From contig CAXBME010000006.1 in the NCBI GenBank assembly GCA_963976765.1, positions 62,001 through 126,000 on the forward strand: a DNA stretch of 64,000 nt, read 5' to 3'. This stretch comes from an uncultured Planctomycetaceae bacterium (GTDB lineage Bacteria; Planctomycetota; Planctomycetia; Planctomycetales; Planctomycetaceae). Numbering within the stretch: position 1 is the stretch's first letter; each line of letters begins with the position of its first letter. Below, in pieces: positions 29,570 to 40,160 of this stretch. A model generated the notes under the pieces. The model ran no database searches and was not told the DNA's origin. It saw only the letters and a list, made by a program, of their open reading frames with translations. A program made the translations under genes and the position numbers.

Positions 29570-30826
29570 ATGACATCGATCTCCGAAATCCCGAATCCTG
29601 TTTCTTCCTCGCAAGCGACGTCGCACAGCGACAAGCCGGACGTTCTGGTCATCACCAGCGAGCTGCCCTGGCCCCTCAACACGGGCGGGCACATTCGTAG
29701 CTTTCACATCCTGAAGGCGTTGTCGGCAAAGTTTAACGTTCGCGTGATTGCTGGCGTCGAAGTGGCGGACGACCCCGGCCTGCGAACACTTGGCCGAAAC
29801 GGAATTCGCGTTGTGCCGGCGTTTCAGAAAAAGAGAAACCCCATCGCCGAGGCCGGTCGAGTCGCGCGGTCGTTGCTCTGCGAAGAGCCTTACGTCATGT
29901 TCAACCGGCACGACCGCCCGGCGATGCGGCAGACAATTCGAAAACAACTGGCGGCCAAAACGCCTGACGTTGTTTACCTCGATCATCTCGACCCGCTGGC
30001 GTTTCGAGGGTTGTTTCCGCGAGTTCCCGTCGTCGCTGATCTTCACAATGTTTACTCGACACTTGCCAAACGCGTGGCGACCGAGCGGAAGTTTCCGGTC
30101 AACCTGTACCTGCACAACGAAGCTCGGCTGCTTGGCTACATGGAGAAGCAGGTTGCGGCGGCGGCGAGCGTTCTGATGACGGTTTCGGACACCGAACAGG
30201 ATTATTTTCAAAGACTCGGTGGCAGGAACGTTCGCCTGGTTCCGAACGGCGTCGACTGTGCGGCGTTTCGAAAATACCCGATCGGACGAAATCACGAACG
30301 ACCGACACTGCTTTATCTGGGAGCGTTGTCGTGGCAGCCGAACGCGAAAGCCGCTGAATTCCTGGCCCGCGAAGTGATGCCACAGATTCTGAAAGTGCGT
30401 CCCGACGTTCGCCTGCAGATTGTTGGTCGGAATCCAGGCTCCGAAGTCAACGCTCTGGCCGAACTGCCGAACGTCGAAGTCCACGCCAACGTGCCCGACG
30501 TGGGCGTCTATCTCGAACAGGCATCGATCCTCGCGGTACCGTTGGACTCTGGCGGAGGCACTCGTCTGAAGATTCTGGAAGCGTTCGCCGCTGGACTTCC
30601 CGTCGTCAGCACGCCGGTCGGCTGTGAAGGCATTGAGTGTCGACACGGAGAACATCTCTGGATAGCCGACCGAAACCGTTTTGCGCAGGGCCTGCTCGAC
30701 GCGATCGAAGCTCCGCAGTTGGCGACCGAATTCGCAGAACGAGGCCGCGCGCTGGCGGAAGAAACTTACGACTGGTCCGTCATCGGGAAGTCAGCGTGCG
30801 AGGCGGTCGCCCAGGCGGTGCGATAA
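29570..30826 (+). CDS. GT4 glycosyltransferase
   Basis: PWPLNTGG, DLHNVYS, VPNGVD, GALSWQPN, GGGTRLKILEAFA. Start 29537 or 29570. Confidence 0.9.
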   Translation: MTSISEIPNPVSSSQATSHSDKPDVLVITSELPWPLNTGGHIRSFHILKALSAKFNVRVIAGVEVADDPGLRTLGRNGIRVVPAFQKKRNPIAEAGRVARSLLCEEPYVMFNRHDRPAMRQTIRKQLAAKTPDVVYLDHLDPLAFRGLFPRVPVVADLHNVYSTLAKRVATERKFPVNLYLHNEARLLGYMEKQVAAAASVLMTVSDTEQDYFQRLGGRNVRLVPNGVDCAAFRKYPIGRNHERPTLLYLGALSWQPNAKAAEFLAREVMPQILKVRPDVRLQIVGRNPGSEVNALAELPNVEVHANVPDVGVYLEQASILAVPLDSGGGTRLKILEAFAAGLPVVSTPVGCEGIECRHGEHLWIADRNRFAQGLLDAIEAPQLATEFAERGRALAEETYDWSVIGKSACEAVAQAVR

Positions 30827-30828
30827 AA

Positions 30829-31863
30829 CTACTGCACGCGGAAAGTGCCGGACTGAAGTTGTGCTCGAAGCTGCGCCCGTTCGGCGGGTGTGAGCGAGTT
30901 TTCGTACTGCTCAAGCTGAGTCGCGTTCATCGTGGCGGGGTTCAAACCCGACGCTGGCGACGGAACAACAGCCTGGCCAGTTGGTCGAAGAGGCAAAGTC
31001 GTTGCCGCGGTCGGAATGATGTTCTGCCCGGACGCCGGAACGGTTCCCGAAGCTGGAGCCTGCGCGGTTGCACCGTTCAAAGCTGACTGCTGATTTCTGG
31101 TTGGCACCGGAGCCTGCAAGCCTGAGCGAGGAATGGCAGTTGAGTTCTGCGGAGCCGGCGCCGCTGCCAGTAAGCCTTTGGCATCATTTTCCTGACGAAT
31201 TGTGTCAAGCCAGTGTTGCGCCGGAGCGAGGGTCGGCTTTTTGAGAACTGCCTGGAGGAAACGTTGTTCCGCTTCCGCAGCGTGTCCCTGTTCATAAAGA
31301 ATCAGACCGATGTTGTAGTCCGCTTCGGCGTCGCCAACGGCCTGCACAAAGTGTGGTTCAGCAGCAACGATATTGCCGCCACGAGCCAGCGCCAGTCCCA
31401 GCTTGTGCCGAAGTCGTTTACTCTCCGGGGCAACAGACAAACCGCGTTGCAGTTGAGCAGCGGCTTCGGCATACCGATTCTGAGTCAGATAGAACTGGCC
31501 AAGCGCCTCGTTCGTCAACGGGCTGGTCGGGGCGACTTCAACAGCTTTCTTGAAACGTCGTTCGGCTTCTGCATGCCGTCCTGCGAGAAGATCCAGGCGT
31601 GCCAGCCCCAGGATAGCTTCTTCCGTTTGCCCATTCTGGCGCAGAGCGGTTTCGTAACTTTCTCGAGCCGTCGCGTAATCGCCGGTCTGCTCGCTGAGCT
31701 TCCCGTAGGCAAGATGGAGCCGTTCCGGATCCTTCAGATCGGCTGCTGGATCATTAGAGAATGTCTGCCAGAACGATCGGTTCGGTGAACCGGTCGACTG
31801 GCAACCGATGCTGGCCAGCAGGCAAAAAATCGTCGCCGCGCGAACGAGTTGTGTCGCAGGCAT
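30829..31863 (-). CDS. TPR lipoprotein with Pro/Ala/Gln-rich tail
   Basis: GGAGG RBS; lipobox ASIGC; about 5 TPRs; low-complexity C-terminus. Confidence 0.85.
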   Translation of the reverse strand: MPATQLVRAATIFCLLASIGCQSTGSPNRSFWQTFSNDPAADLKDPERLHLAYGKLSEQTGDYATARESYETALRQNGQTEEAILGLARLDLLAGRHAEAERRFKKAVEVAPTSPLTNEALGQFYLTQNRYAEAAAQLQRGLSVAPESKRLRHKLGLALARGGNIVAAEPHFVQAVGDAEADYNIGLILYEQGHAAEAEQRFLQAVLKKPTLAPAQHWLDTIRQENDAKGLLAAAPAPQNSTAIPRSGLQAPVPTRNQQSALNGATAQAPASGTVPASGQNIIPTAATTLPLRPTGQAVVPSPASGLNPATMNATQLEQYENSLTPAERAQLRAQLQSGTFRVQ

Positions 31864-31965
31864 CCCGCACCTCCCTGTGCAGTGCCCCCCCAATTGATCA
31901 ACCATTCCGGGGCAGATTGGCTGACGCTTTTGAACCGCGTCTGCCTTGTCTATTCGCCGGAGGGA

Positions 31966-33807
31966 TCAAACTTTCGCGAAGAATCGCTGAGCCGCTTCGT
32001 CCACCAGCTCTTGAGTCAAAACAAGACGCTGGTTCCTGAATCGACAGATCGACTGAATGATCTCCAGCAAATCCCTGGGATCGCTCGATCTTGGCAGCTG
32101 TCCGTGATCGTAATATTTCTGATAAAGGTACTCGACTGCTCGCGGTTCGTAGGCAATTTGCCGCTGAGTGCAACAAAGACTGAAGATCTCGGTGTAAAGC
32201 TCCCGAGCCGGCGTTCCGATCTTGATTTTGTGCCGGATTCGCCGCAGAAACGCATCGTCGACCAGGTCGGCAGGGTCGAGGTTCGTCGAAAAGATGATGA
32301 GCTGTTCGAACGGCACGGGGAACTTTTTCCCCGTTGCCAGCGTGACGTAGTCGATTCGCTCTTCCAGCGGAAGAATCCAGCGGTTGAGCAGGTCTCGCGG
32401 TTTGGCGATCTGACGGCCAAAGTCGTCGATCATGAAGACGCCGCCATTTGCTTTGACCTGAAGCGGCGCGACGTAAAAGTTGCTGGTCTGGTTGAAGCGA
32501 AGGTCGAGCATGTCCAGCGTCAGCTCGCCGCCGGTCACGACGACCGGGCGACGGACGCGCCGCCATCGCATGTCCGGATGATTTTCGTGCAGCAGATGAT
32601 TGATGTCCTGATGCGTCTGCGGGTTTTTCGTGTCTCCCAGCAGCGCCGAAACTTCTTCATCATCGGTCGTGTGGTGAAGGCTTGGATCGAAGATCGTCAC
32701 AATGCTGTTTTCACTCTGGATCGCGTACGGAACGTAGATCTCGCCACCGTGCAGGTTGAGAAACTTTCCGAGCCCTTTGGCGATCTGCGACTTACCGTTC
32801 CCCGGAGGTCCGTACAGAAAGATCGACTTGCCACTGCACACGGCGGGGCCCAGTTCCGCCAGAAGATGCGGCTCGATAATCAACGACTCGAACGCTTCCA
32901 GCAGAGGCTCTGCCGTACAGTTGATGCCGCTGACCGCCTGCCGTCGACACTGCTCAACATACTTATCCAGCGGGACCGGCGCGGGGCCAACATAACGGCA
33001 ATATTCGAACGCTTCCTTGGCGCGGGACCGACCGATTTCGGTCAGAACGAATCGGTAGGAAACTCGACCGATGACGTCGCCGGACGAAACTTCAATGCAG
33101 CGATCATCCTTCAGAAAACGCAGGCATTCATCGATCACGTTGAACGGTAACCGAGCGTTTCGAGCCAGCTCGACGCCCAGCAACGTCCCTTGCAGGTAGA
33201 GCTGCTTGAGAATCAGATCGCAGACCTGGTTCGCGCTGAGACCGCTTTCGCGAAGCGTGCGGGGACTCGGCGGCGGCGGAGCCTGTACCTGTTGCAGCAG
33301 CCTTTGCCGATGCTCAGACGCTCGCGACTGCCGAGGTGCCGGAGCGACTCCAAACAGTTCCGCGTAGAGTTCAGCCTGCTGCGAAAATCCGCGTGCCGAA
33401 CCTGCTGTCGGACCACCATTCGAAGCTGGGCCTGGTGCCCCCAGTCCGACGCCAGCACTCACTCCGCGACCATTTCCGGATGCCGGTCGGCCACCCGGTG
33501 GAGTTGTACCCGGTTGAACCGGGGTTGTTCCGAACGGTGATGTTGCGACCTGAGGCGGCGCAGCTGCCGCGTTTTGAGTCGCACCGTCGAACCCCACCGC
33601 ACTCTGCCCGGAAAGTCCTGCGAAGAACGTGCTCGCAGAACCGGTTTTTGCCGAACCGGCGCCCGATGACGACCGACCGGTCGCCGGTAATTGAGCATCT
33701 GGGGGCAGCGGTGGCGGAACCTGCGATCCTGCGACCGGTTCCGGCCCAGCCTGTCCGCCAGATGAAAACGCTCCGCCCTGTGGATGATCCTGGTTGCTGC
33801 CGATCAC
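31966..33807 (-). CDS. AAA+ family ATPase with disordered Gly/Pro/Ala-rich N-terminus
   Basis: Walker A GPPGNGKS, Walker B FMIDDFGRQ, FSTNL, AFLRRI arginine finger; wHTH-like region before the YVGPAPV motif; GTG start with GGGGAG RBS. Confidence 0.88.
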   Translation of the reverse strand: MIGSNQDHPQGGAFSSGGQAGPEPVAGSQVPPPLPPDAQLPATGRSSSGAGSAKTGSASTFFAGLSGQSAVGFDGATQNAAAAPPQVATSPFGTTPVQPGTTPPGGRPASGNGRGVSAGVGLGAPGPASNGGPTAGSARGFSQQAELYAELFGVAPAPRQSRASEHRQRLLQQVQAPPPPSPRTLRESGLSANQVCDLILKQLYLQGTLLGVELARNARLPFNVIDECLRFLKDDRCIEVSSGDVIGRVSYRFVLTEIGRSRAKEAFEYCRYVGPAPVPLDKYVEQCRRQAVSGINCTAEPLLEAFESLIIEPHLLAELGPAVCSGKSIFLYGPPGNGKSQIAKGLGKFLNLHGGEIYVPYAIQSENSIVTIFDPSLHHTTDDEEVSALLGDTKNPQTHQDINHLLHENHPDMRWRRVRRPVVVTGGELTLDMLDLRFNQTSNFYVAPLQVKANGGVFMIDDFGRQIAKPRDLLNRWILPLEERIDYVTLATGKKFPVPFEQLIIFSTNLDPADLVDDAFLRRIRHKIKIGTPARELYTEIFSLCCTQRQIAYEPRAVEYLYQKYYDHGQLPRSSDPRDLLEIIQSICRFRNQRLVLTQELVDEAAQRFFAKV

Positions 33808-33967
33808 GGCACGACTCCCCCACGCGCCTGCTTTGTGGCCCGCTGTGATGATGATTCCCGATACACGTTATTCCGAAACAGAACGTACTGCGGGATCAGG
33901 TTGATGACCCGAGCTTCGCCCGTTTGCTGCAGCTCCCTTCGGTGACGCAGGCGTTCTTCGTCACCAA

Positions 33968-34693
33968 CTAAGGGGATGCCCCTCCTCCACCGCCGCCACC
34001 ACTGCTGAAGGCCGGGCTGATTCGTGGAACCGGCTGGGAACTCATGTCTGCCCGCTGAATTCCGTCGACTTCCAGAGCGCTGCGACCAATCGGTGCCGTC
34101 ACACGAGGAATGACCGGTGGCAGGTTTTCAAGTCCGACCAGTTCCTCAGTAATGCCTCGAACGCTGGTCAAACGCAGCTCGGTCGCTGAAGCAGCGTCCG
34201 CAGCCTGCACGTACAGAATCCGACGCTCCGCCGGAGCTGCTCGCAAAACCCACTTCAGATGCAGCAGGCCGGAACGGTTCAGCAACTGCGTGTCATCATC
34301 AAAGTGGTAATCGTAGAGGGTCGTCTGGTTGGTCCAGCCAGCGTCTTCCTGAGTCGCCGTGAATTCACGAACCGACGCTCTGTCCTGACAGACGTACGGG
34401 TGCGGCCAGTAGTGAGACGTGTGAAAGCGATGCGACGGGATCATCGAGAGACCTTCCGGACGAGGGTACGGAGGCCACATCTTTCCTTTAACATACCTCT
34501 GACGGGACCCCACCGGATCCAGCGCCCGTCGCGCATACCAATCGGCGCGAACGTCGTCCCGCTCCTGTTTCCAGGCGTAGTAGCGGTTTGTTTCAAGCCA
34601 CGGCCACGGAATCATCGGCTCTGCAAATGCCGCAGTCGGAACTGCCAGTAGCACAAAGATAAGGAGCTTCTGCCCCGTCGATCGATCAACCAT
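33968..34693 (-). CDS. Secreted hypothetical protein
   Basis: Signal peptide (KLLIFVLLAVPTAAFA-E); WPPYPRP, HYWPHPY and TLYDYHF motifs; Gly-rich tail. Confidence 0.8.
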   Translation of the reverse strand: MVDRSTGQKLLIFVLLAVPTAAFAEPMIPWPWLETNRYYAWKQERDDVRADWYARRALDPVGSRQRYVKGKMWPPYPRPEGLSMIPSHRFHTSHYWPHPYVCQDRASVREFTATQEDAGWTNQTTLYDYHFDDDTQLLNRSGLLHLKWVLRAAPAERRILYVQAADAASATELRLTSVRGITEELVGLENLPPVIPRVTAPIGRSALEVDGIQRADMSSQPVPRISPAFSSGGGGGGGASP

Positions 34694-35254
34694 TTCCCCC
34701 CCAATCGTGACTCGGTCGCCTTGCCGAATCTCTCGTCAGTCGAGCCCTCCGGTGTGACACCGCCTCGACACACGCACCGAGGCGATCTTGATCGTTTCAG
34801 GACACCCCACACGATCAGAGTCTCGATACGACAACTGCCCCTCTGGTTATCGGTCGGTTTTCGGCGCGGTCATGACGTGAAAACGGATTCCAACGAGGCC
34901 AACCGCAACTCGGGCTGCACGGATGTGTGAAGGTTTGACGGTTGCGCAGACTTCACGGCCACAGAGCGTCAGGCGTTGTCGAACAGGCCTGTGAATTTGA
35001 ACTCGCCAGAGGCAGACACCCCTGAAATCCAAACCGGCATGTTGACGGTAAATGTGCTTTCTGAATTATGCACCGGGTTGCTGTATGCAGACTGGCGGTA
35101 CAAAATGCTGGAGAAGCGGGCTTGCTTCCTCGCTGGATCGGCGAGGCATTTCACTTCTGGTTGATACCATTATTTTTCATTTCCCGCTTTTCACGGAGAA
35201 TCTCAGATGCACGACAGAAGCAAGCCCAGGCTGACATTTCCAGGTCAGAAATCG

Positions 35255-36454
35255 ATGCGAACATTGATCGCCGCACTTGTGACCGTCAGCTTCACCGCCG
35301 CAGGCTGCGACAAAGTTGAAGGACTTGTTGAGGACGGAAAAAGCCTCGTCAATGGTGAAGAGCCGACTGTGGCTGACACACCACCAATCGCCGAGCCCGC
35401 GGCACCGCCAACGATCACGACTCCAGAGCCAGTCGTTCCTGCCGGTCCAACACCGCAGCAGATCGTCGAACAATTCACTTCACTTCGACCCGACCAGATC
35501 ACTGACGGCAGCCTGGCTCAACTCGCATCATCACCAGAAGCCGCTGCCACGATCACCGAAATCAACATGCAGGGTGCTCAGGTTTCCGGCAAAGGGCTTG
35601 GGTACCTTGCCGCGATGCCCAATCTCGAAACGCTCAACATCAGCGGTTCCCGGGTTGCTTCAGATTCGCTCACGGCGATTGGAAAAGCGCAATCGCTGAA
35701 GAGTATCAACCTGGCAAACTCAGACACAAATGACCACGTCGTCAGCGAGCTTTCAAGAATCCCTCACCTTCAGTCGCTGGATCTTTCCGGCACGCGGGTT
35801 ACGGGTGGATCTGCAACTGGCCTCAGCTCGATGCGGGAACTAACAGATCTGATACTCACAGGAACTGCTGCCGACGACCAGGTCGTCTCGGGCCTTGTTT
35901 CGCTGCCTCTTCGCAAACTGGAACTTTCAAAGACCAACATCTCAAACGCGTCGCTTCCGATGATTCTGAAAATCCAGACACTCGAATCGCTGAACGTATC
36001 GTTCTGTGGCGTCACTGGTGATGCCTTTAAGGGATTCGGAAAATCAGGCATCAAGGAGCTGGCTGTCGGCGAGACGCAATTCGGAATTGAAGGTTTTATG
36101 GCAATCAAGGGGATGAGTGCTCTTGAAAATCTCAATGTCTATGCGGCAGGTCTTGTCGAGCATAAATCTGCAAACGTGTTTCGAACGTTTCCGAATCTGA
36201 AAGTCCTCAACGCTGGCAGGAATCCTCTTACGGATGCCGGAATGAATGTCTTTTTCAAAGGTCACAAAACGCTGGAAGAACTTCACCTTCAGCTCAATAA
36301 AGGCATTACCGACAACGGTCTGGCCGCATTGATCGGTGTTAAGACTCTAAGACTCCTCGACGTAGCCGGCACGAGCTGCGGTGCGGCCGGTGCCCAGGCT
36401 CTGAAAGCAAAACTTCCGGAATGCGTTATTCGAACGTCAAACGGTCAATTCTGA
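35255..36454 (+). CDS. Leucine-rich-repeat lipoprotein
   Basis: MRTLIAALVTVSFTAAGC lipobox; Pro-rich linker; about 12 LxxLxLxxxxI(T/S)D repeats. Confidence 0.88.
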   Translation: MRTLIAALVTVSFTAAGCDKVEGLVEDGKSLVNGEEPTVADTPPIAEPAAPPTITTPEPVVPAGPTPQQIVEQFTSLRPDQITDGSLAQLASSPEAAATITEINMQGAQVSGKGLGYLAAMPNLETLNISGSRVASDSLTAIGKAQSLKSINLANSDTNDHVVSELSRIPHLQSLDLSGTRVTGGSATGLSSMRELTDLILTGTAADDQVVSGLVSLPLRKLELSKTNISNASLPMILKIQTLESLNVSFCGVTGDAFKGFGKSGIKELAVGETQFGIEGFMAIKGMSALENLNVYAAGLVEHKSANVFRTFPNLKVLNAGRNPLTDAGMNVFFKGHKTLEELHLQLNKGITDNGLAALIGVKTLRLLDVAGTSCGAAGAQALKAKLPECVIRTSNGQF

Positions 36455-36490
36455 AAACCGCCTCGGATGGAGAAAACTTTACCTGTCATA

Positions 36491-36530
36491 AAAAGTGGGC
36501 AGCAGATTTTGGATTCTGCTGCCCACTTTT
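36491..36530. terminator. Probable bidirectional intrinsic terminator
   Basis: AAAAGTGGGCAGCAGA-N8-TCTGCTGCCCACTTTT, a 16-bp perfect stem with A/T tails, between convergent genes. Confidence 0.75.
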
Positions 36531-36628
36531 CGATTATTTCAAACCGTCGTTTCGGCACGCCAGCAGAACGAGCACGTTGTAAATCGAGAGTCTACAACTG
36601 CTGGCAATGCACAACGTGATGCTCAAGT

Positions 36629-37798
36629 TCAGGACGGCTGGCACGCTTTTTCTGCGATCAGAGCGTCGAGTTCCTGTTTCAGGCGAGGGAGAATTTCGTC
36701 GTACGGGAACGCGCCGATTTCCTCGGGACCGCGTTTCAGGTTCACGAAGTTCGGAGCACACCACAGTCCCAGGTCGGCATCGTCGGTTTCGCCTGGCCCG
36801 TTCACACGACAGCCCATCACGGCAATCGTCAACGCATGCTCGCGAGCGTACTCGGTCATCGCCTTGACGTCCTGAGCCAGCTCGATGAACGCTTCGTTTT
36901 CGACTCGTGAGCAACTCGGACAACTGATGATGTTGAGCGTTGGCAACCCGTAATCGACAACCGTCCTGACGCGGCCAGCGGCGATGTCCGCAATGATCGA
37001 TCGCCCCGCTGCAATCTCCTCGCCCTTGCGGTTGTTGGGAACGGTCAGCGAAACCCGAATCGTGTCGCCAATTCCGCGACCAATCAGCTGCTCAAACGCG
37101 ATGCGTGTCTTGATGATCCCGTCCGGCGGCATCCCGGCTTCGGTGACTCCCAGATGAAGCGGCACATCAGGCCGTTGCTCGGCGAAGCGGCGATTGACTT
37201 CGATTACTTTCTGAGGGTCAGAATCTTTCAATGACACGCAGTACCTGGTGAAATCCAGCGAATCCAGAAATTCGCAATGCTCCAGCGCACTTTCGAGCAT
37301 CGGCGAAACGGAATCGTCCTCCTCGTATCGATCAACTTTGTCAGGGTCGACGGATCCGCAATTAACTCCAACTCGAATGGCGCAATCATTCGCTGCGGCA
37401 ATGTCAGCAATGAACCGCACTTTCTCCTGCCATGGTTTCTGACGTTCGTGATGATAAAGGTGCCCTGGGTTGTAGCGAATCTTGTCAACGTGCGGCGCCA
37501 CATCCTCGGCCAGTCGATAATTCTCCTGCAGATCCACAGAAAGATTGGCGGTCGTCTGCTTGCGAATTTCGGCCAGCGCCTCGGCATCCTTCCGGCTGTC
37601 AACCGCGACCCGCACAACATCCGCACCAGCTTCGACCAATGCGTTGATCTGACCGACAGTCGCGTCGACATCCTGAGTGTGAGTTGCCGTCATGCTCTGT
37701 ACGGCGATCGGATTTCCGCCACCGATAGTGACCGAGCCGATCTTCACACTTCGTGTCGGATTTCGCTCTATCTTCAATTCCGAACTGTCCACTTCCAT
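36629..37798 (-). CDS. ispG: (E)-4-hydroxy-3-methylbut-2-enyl-diphosphate synthase
   Basis: [59 protein letters not shown] ([4Fe-4S] cysteines). Start approximate. Confidence 0.95.
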   Translation of the reverse strand: MEVDSSELKIERNPTRSVKIGSVTIGGGNPIAVQSMTATHTQDVDATVGQINALVEAGADVVRVAVDSRKDAEALAEIRKQTTANLSVDLQENYRLAEDVAPHVDKIRYNPGHLYHHERQKPWQEKVRFIADIAAANDCAIRVGVNCGSVDPDKVDRYEEDDSVSPMLESALEHCEFLDSLDFTRYCVSLKDSDPQKVIEVNRRFAEQRPDVPLHLGVTEAGMPPDGIIKTRIAFEQLIGRGIGDTIRVSLTVPNNRKGEEIAAGRSIIADIAAGRVRTVVDYGLPTLNIISCPSCSRVENEAFIELAQDVKAMTEYAREHALTIAVMGCRVNGPGETDDADLGLWCAPNFVNLKRGPEEIGAFPYDEILPRLKQELDALIAEKACQPS

Positions 37799-37920
37799 TC
37801 TCCAACTCAGGCCGCCAATCAACAGAATTCACGATCACTCACGAAGCGCGGCGAGTCTAGTGGACGACCTCAAGTCCAGCCAGTTGGGAACGCGCGATCA
37901 GCTTCAAGTTGAGCCGAAAG

Positions 37921-39936
37921 TCACAGAATTTCAGGCTTATCAAGGCCGTACAATTTCAACTTGCGGTCGAGAGTCGATCGCTCGATTCCCAGAATTCGTG
38001 AGGTCTCACGTTTCACCCAGCGGGTGTAGCTCAACGTCGCTTCGATATGCCGCCGCTCAATTTCTCTGAGCGAAATCGGCTTGTAGACATCTTCCAGAAC
38101 GGGAGATGGTGTTCCATCTTCCAGGCGGGAAAAACGGATATCCTCGCGCGTGACTTCGTCTCCAGACGCAATTGCAACGGCTCGTTCCACAGTGTTTCGA
38201 AGTTCTCGAACATTCCCTGGCCAGTCGTACTGAATCAGGATCTCCATCGCTTCAGGGTGGACAGTCTTCGGCTTTCCTCCGTGCTGCCGCGCCGTCAACT
38301 GGAGGAAATGTTCCACAAGAAGTTCGACGTCATCACGACGATCGCGCAATGGCGGAACCTCGATGTCGAGGATATTGAGTCGAAAAAACAAGTCCTTCCG
38401 AAACTCGTTCTCGCGAACAGCCTGCTCCAGATCGCGGTTGGTTGCCGCCACGACTCGCACATCGACCGCCACGATTGTGTGTCCGCCGACCCGTTCGAAA
38501 GAATGTCCTTCCAGTACGCGCAGGAACTTCGCCTGGATCTGAGGACTCATTTCGCCGACTTCGTCGAGGAAGATCGTGCCGCCATTGGCCTGCTCGAACT
38601 TGCCCGGCTTGCGGTCAGTTGCTCCGGTAAACGCGCCCTTTTCGTGCCCGAACAACTCGCTTTCGAGCAGCGTTTCGGTCAGTGCAGCGCAGTTCAGACA
38701 AACGAATGGTTTATCGCGCCGAGGGCTGTTGAAGTGGATGGCTCGAGCGACGAGTTCTTTACCAACGCCGCTTTCGCCGCGGACAAGTGCCGTCGACTCT
38801 TTGGACGCAAATCGAGCAATCTGATCCTTTAACACCCTCATCGGCTCGCTCTTGCCGATGAGGTCACTCTCAACGGCCAGCATCCGGCGAAGCCGCTTTG
38901 CTTCGCCTTTGGCACGTGCCAGCCCTTTCGCCAGCTGCTCCTGTTCAGTCAGCTTTGCCAGAATACCCGACATGTGCTCGGCTACCGCCAGAGTGAACTC
39001 AAGAGCATCCGCGTCCAGCGCGTGCTCCGGCGTCAGAGAGTACAGGTGAATCAGTCCATAGATCGCTCTACCGTCCCGAATCGGAGCACAGATCACACTC
39101 TGCGCTTTCATCTTCTCAAGCGTCTGAAATGTTCCGGCTGACGCATCGCCGGACACGTCCAGTGCGAGCGTTCCATCTCCACCGGTCAATGCCGCCCGGG
39201 AAAGCCGATCCGAAACACGGTGATACGGCATGTCGTCAGGAGCACGAAACACGACCAACCGCAACTCCTCAACATCAGCATCTTCTGCCGTCGGTTCCGG
39301 TAAAAGCAGCACAGCGCCCAGGTCAGCAGTAAGAACCTCCATCAGTCCATCGATCGCTGTCTGAGCCAGTTCGCGAATACTCTCGGCAGCCAGCAACGTT
39401 GAGCCCAACCGATAGAGACTGGCGAACTCCTTCGCGACCGGTGAGTCAGCAGCCTCCTTCTCGAAATATCTCGACCGATGACGCCGCTCGAGGATTTCCG
39501 GCTCATCGCTGGATGAATCATCGGACAGATCGTTACTGGGCTCATCGGAGTTCAACAGCTTGACGCGTGTGTCACTTTCAAGCGGTGACACAGCCGACTC
39601 CAGCTTTCGTGTGATGTCATGCGTAAAGACCAGCTCGGCAGACCCGATCCGAACGGAATCACCTTCTTTAAGCGTCGTCTGACCAGCGATCTCCTGCCCG
39701 TTCACAAGAGTTCCGTTGCTGCTGCCAAGATCGCGCACAACCCATCCACCATTGGTGAAAAAGACTTCGGCGTGCCGCCTGCTGCAACGATCGTCCTGCA
39801 CGACGACCCGGTTCGTCGATTCTCGACCGATCGTCAGACACAAACCCGGTACAAGGCGGTACACGTCGCGCCAGCCAGCTTCCGTACAGAAAACCAGATA
39901 CGTGGGCTCGTTTGGCAATGGCTCGTCATCAGTCAT
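37921..39936 (-). CDS. FHA-GAF sigma-54-dependent transcriptional activator
   Basis: FHA ([17 protein letters not shown]); GAF (SVICAPI); AAA ([29 protein letters not shown]); C-terminal HTH. Confidence 0.93.
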   Translation of the reverse strand: MTDDEPLPNEPTYLVFCTEAGWRDVYRLVPGLCLTIGRESTNRVVVQDDRCSRRHAEVFFTNGGWVVRDLGSSNGTLVNGQEIAGQTTLKEGDSVRIGSAELVFTHDITRKLESAVSPLESDTRVKLLNSDEPSNDLSDDSSSDEPEILERRHRSRYFEKEAADSPVAKEFASLYRLGSTLLAAESIRELAQTAIDGLMEVLTADLGAVLLLPEPTAEDADVEELRLVVFRAPDDMPYHRVSDRLSRAALTGGDGTLALDVSGDASAGTFQTLEKMKAQSVICAPIRDGRAIYGLIHLYSLTPEHALDADALEFTLAVAEHMSGILAKLTEQEQLAKGLARAKGEAKRLRRMLAVESDLIGKSEPMRVLKDQIARFASKESTALVRGESGVGKELVARAIHFNSPRRDKPFVCLNCAALTETLLESELFGHEKGAFTGATDRKPGKFEQANGGTIFLDEVGEMSPQIQAKFLRVLEGHSFERVGGHTIVAVDVRVVAATNRDLEQAVRENEFRKDLFFRLNILDIEVPPLRDRRDDVELLVEHFLQLTARQHGGKPKTVHPEAMEILIQYDWPGNVRELRNTVERAVAIASGDEVTREDIRFSRLEDGTPSPVLEDVYKPISLREIERRHIEATLSYTRWVKRETSRILGIERSTLDRKLKLYGLDKPEIL

Positions 39937-40160
39937 AGTGAGCAGGACGACTTATTCTTCAGAAGCAGGTTTCGGAACAGTTGGTAGAAATACCGGACGA
40001 GACTGTAGCTCGTGCTCGCTTCCAGACAACTGTGGCGAACCGAATCAAGTCGTGCCAGAACGACGAGACCAGCTGGAACAAGCGTAGCACGCTGATCGAG
40101 TTCAAATCGAGCAGTCCTGAACCGCAGCCGACATTTTTTTTACGATTCAGCTTCGGTCTT

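Noticed and set aside
31849..33150. 433-aa plus-strand ORF (and similar antisense ORFs at 29555-30655, 26530-27447, 53084-54166)
   Set aside because: Antisense to well-supported genes in GC-rich DNA; no recognisable domains.
34847..34875. ACCGATAA on the minus strand as a sigma-28 -10 box
   Set aside because: No convincing -35 element at the canonical spacing; insufficient support.
40041..40057. TGGCACG on the minus strand upstream of the sigma-54 activator gene
   Set aside because: Matches the -24 box but lacks the TTGC -12 box at the required spacing.
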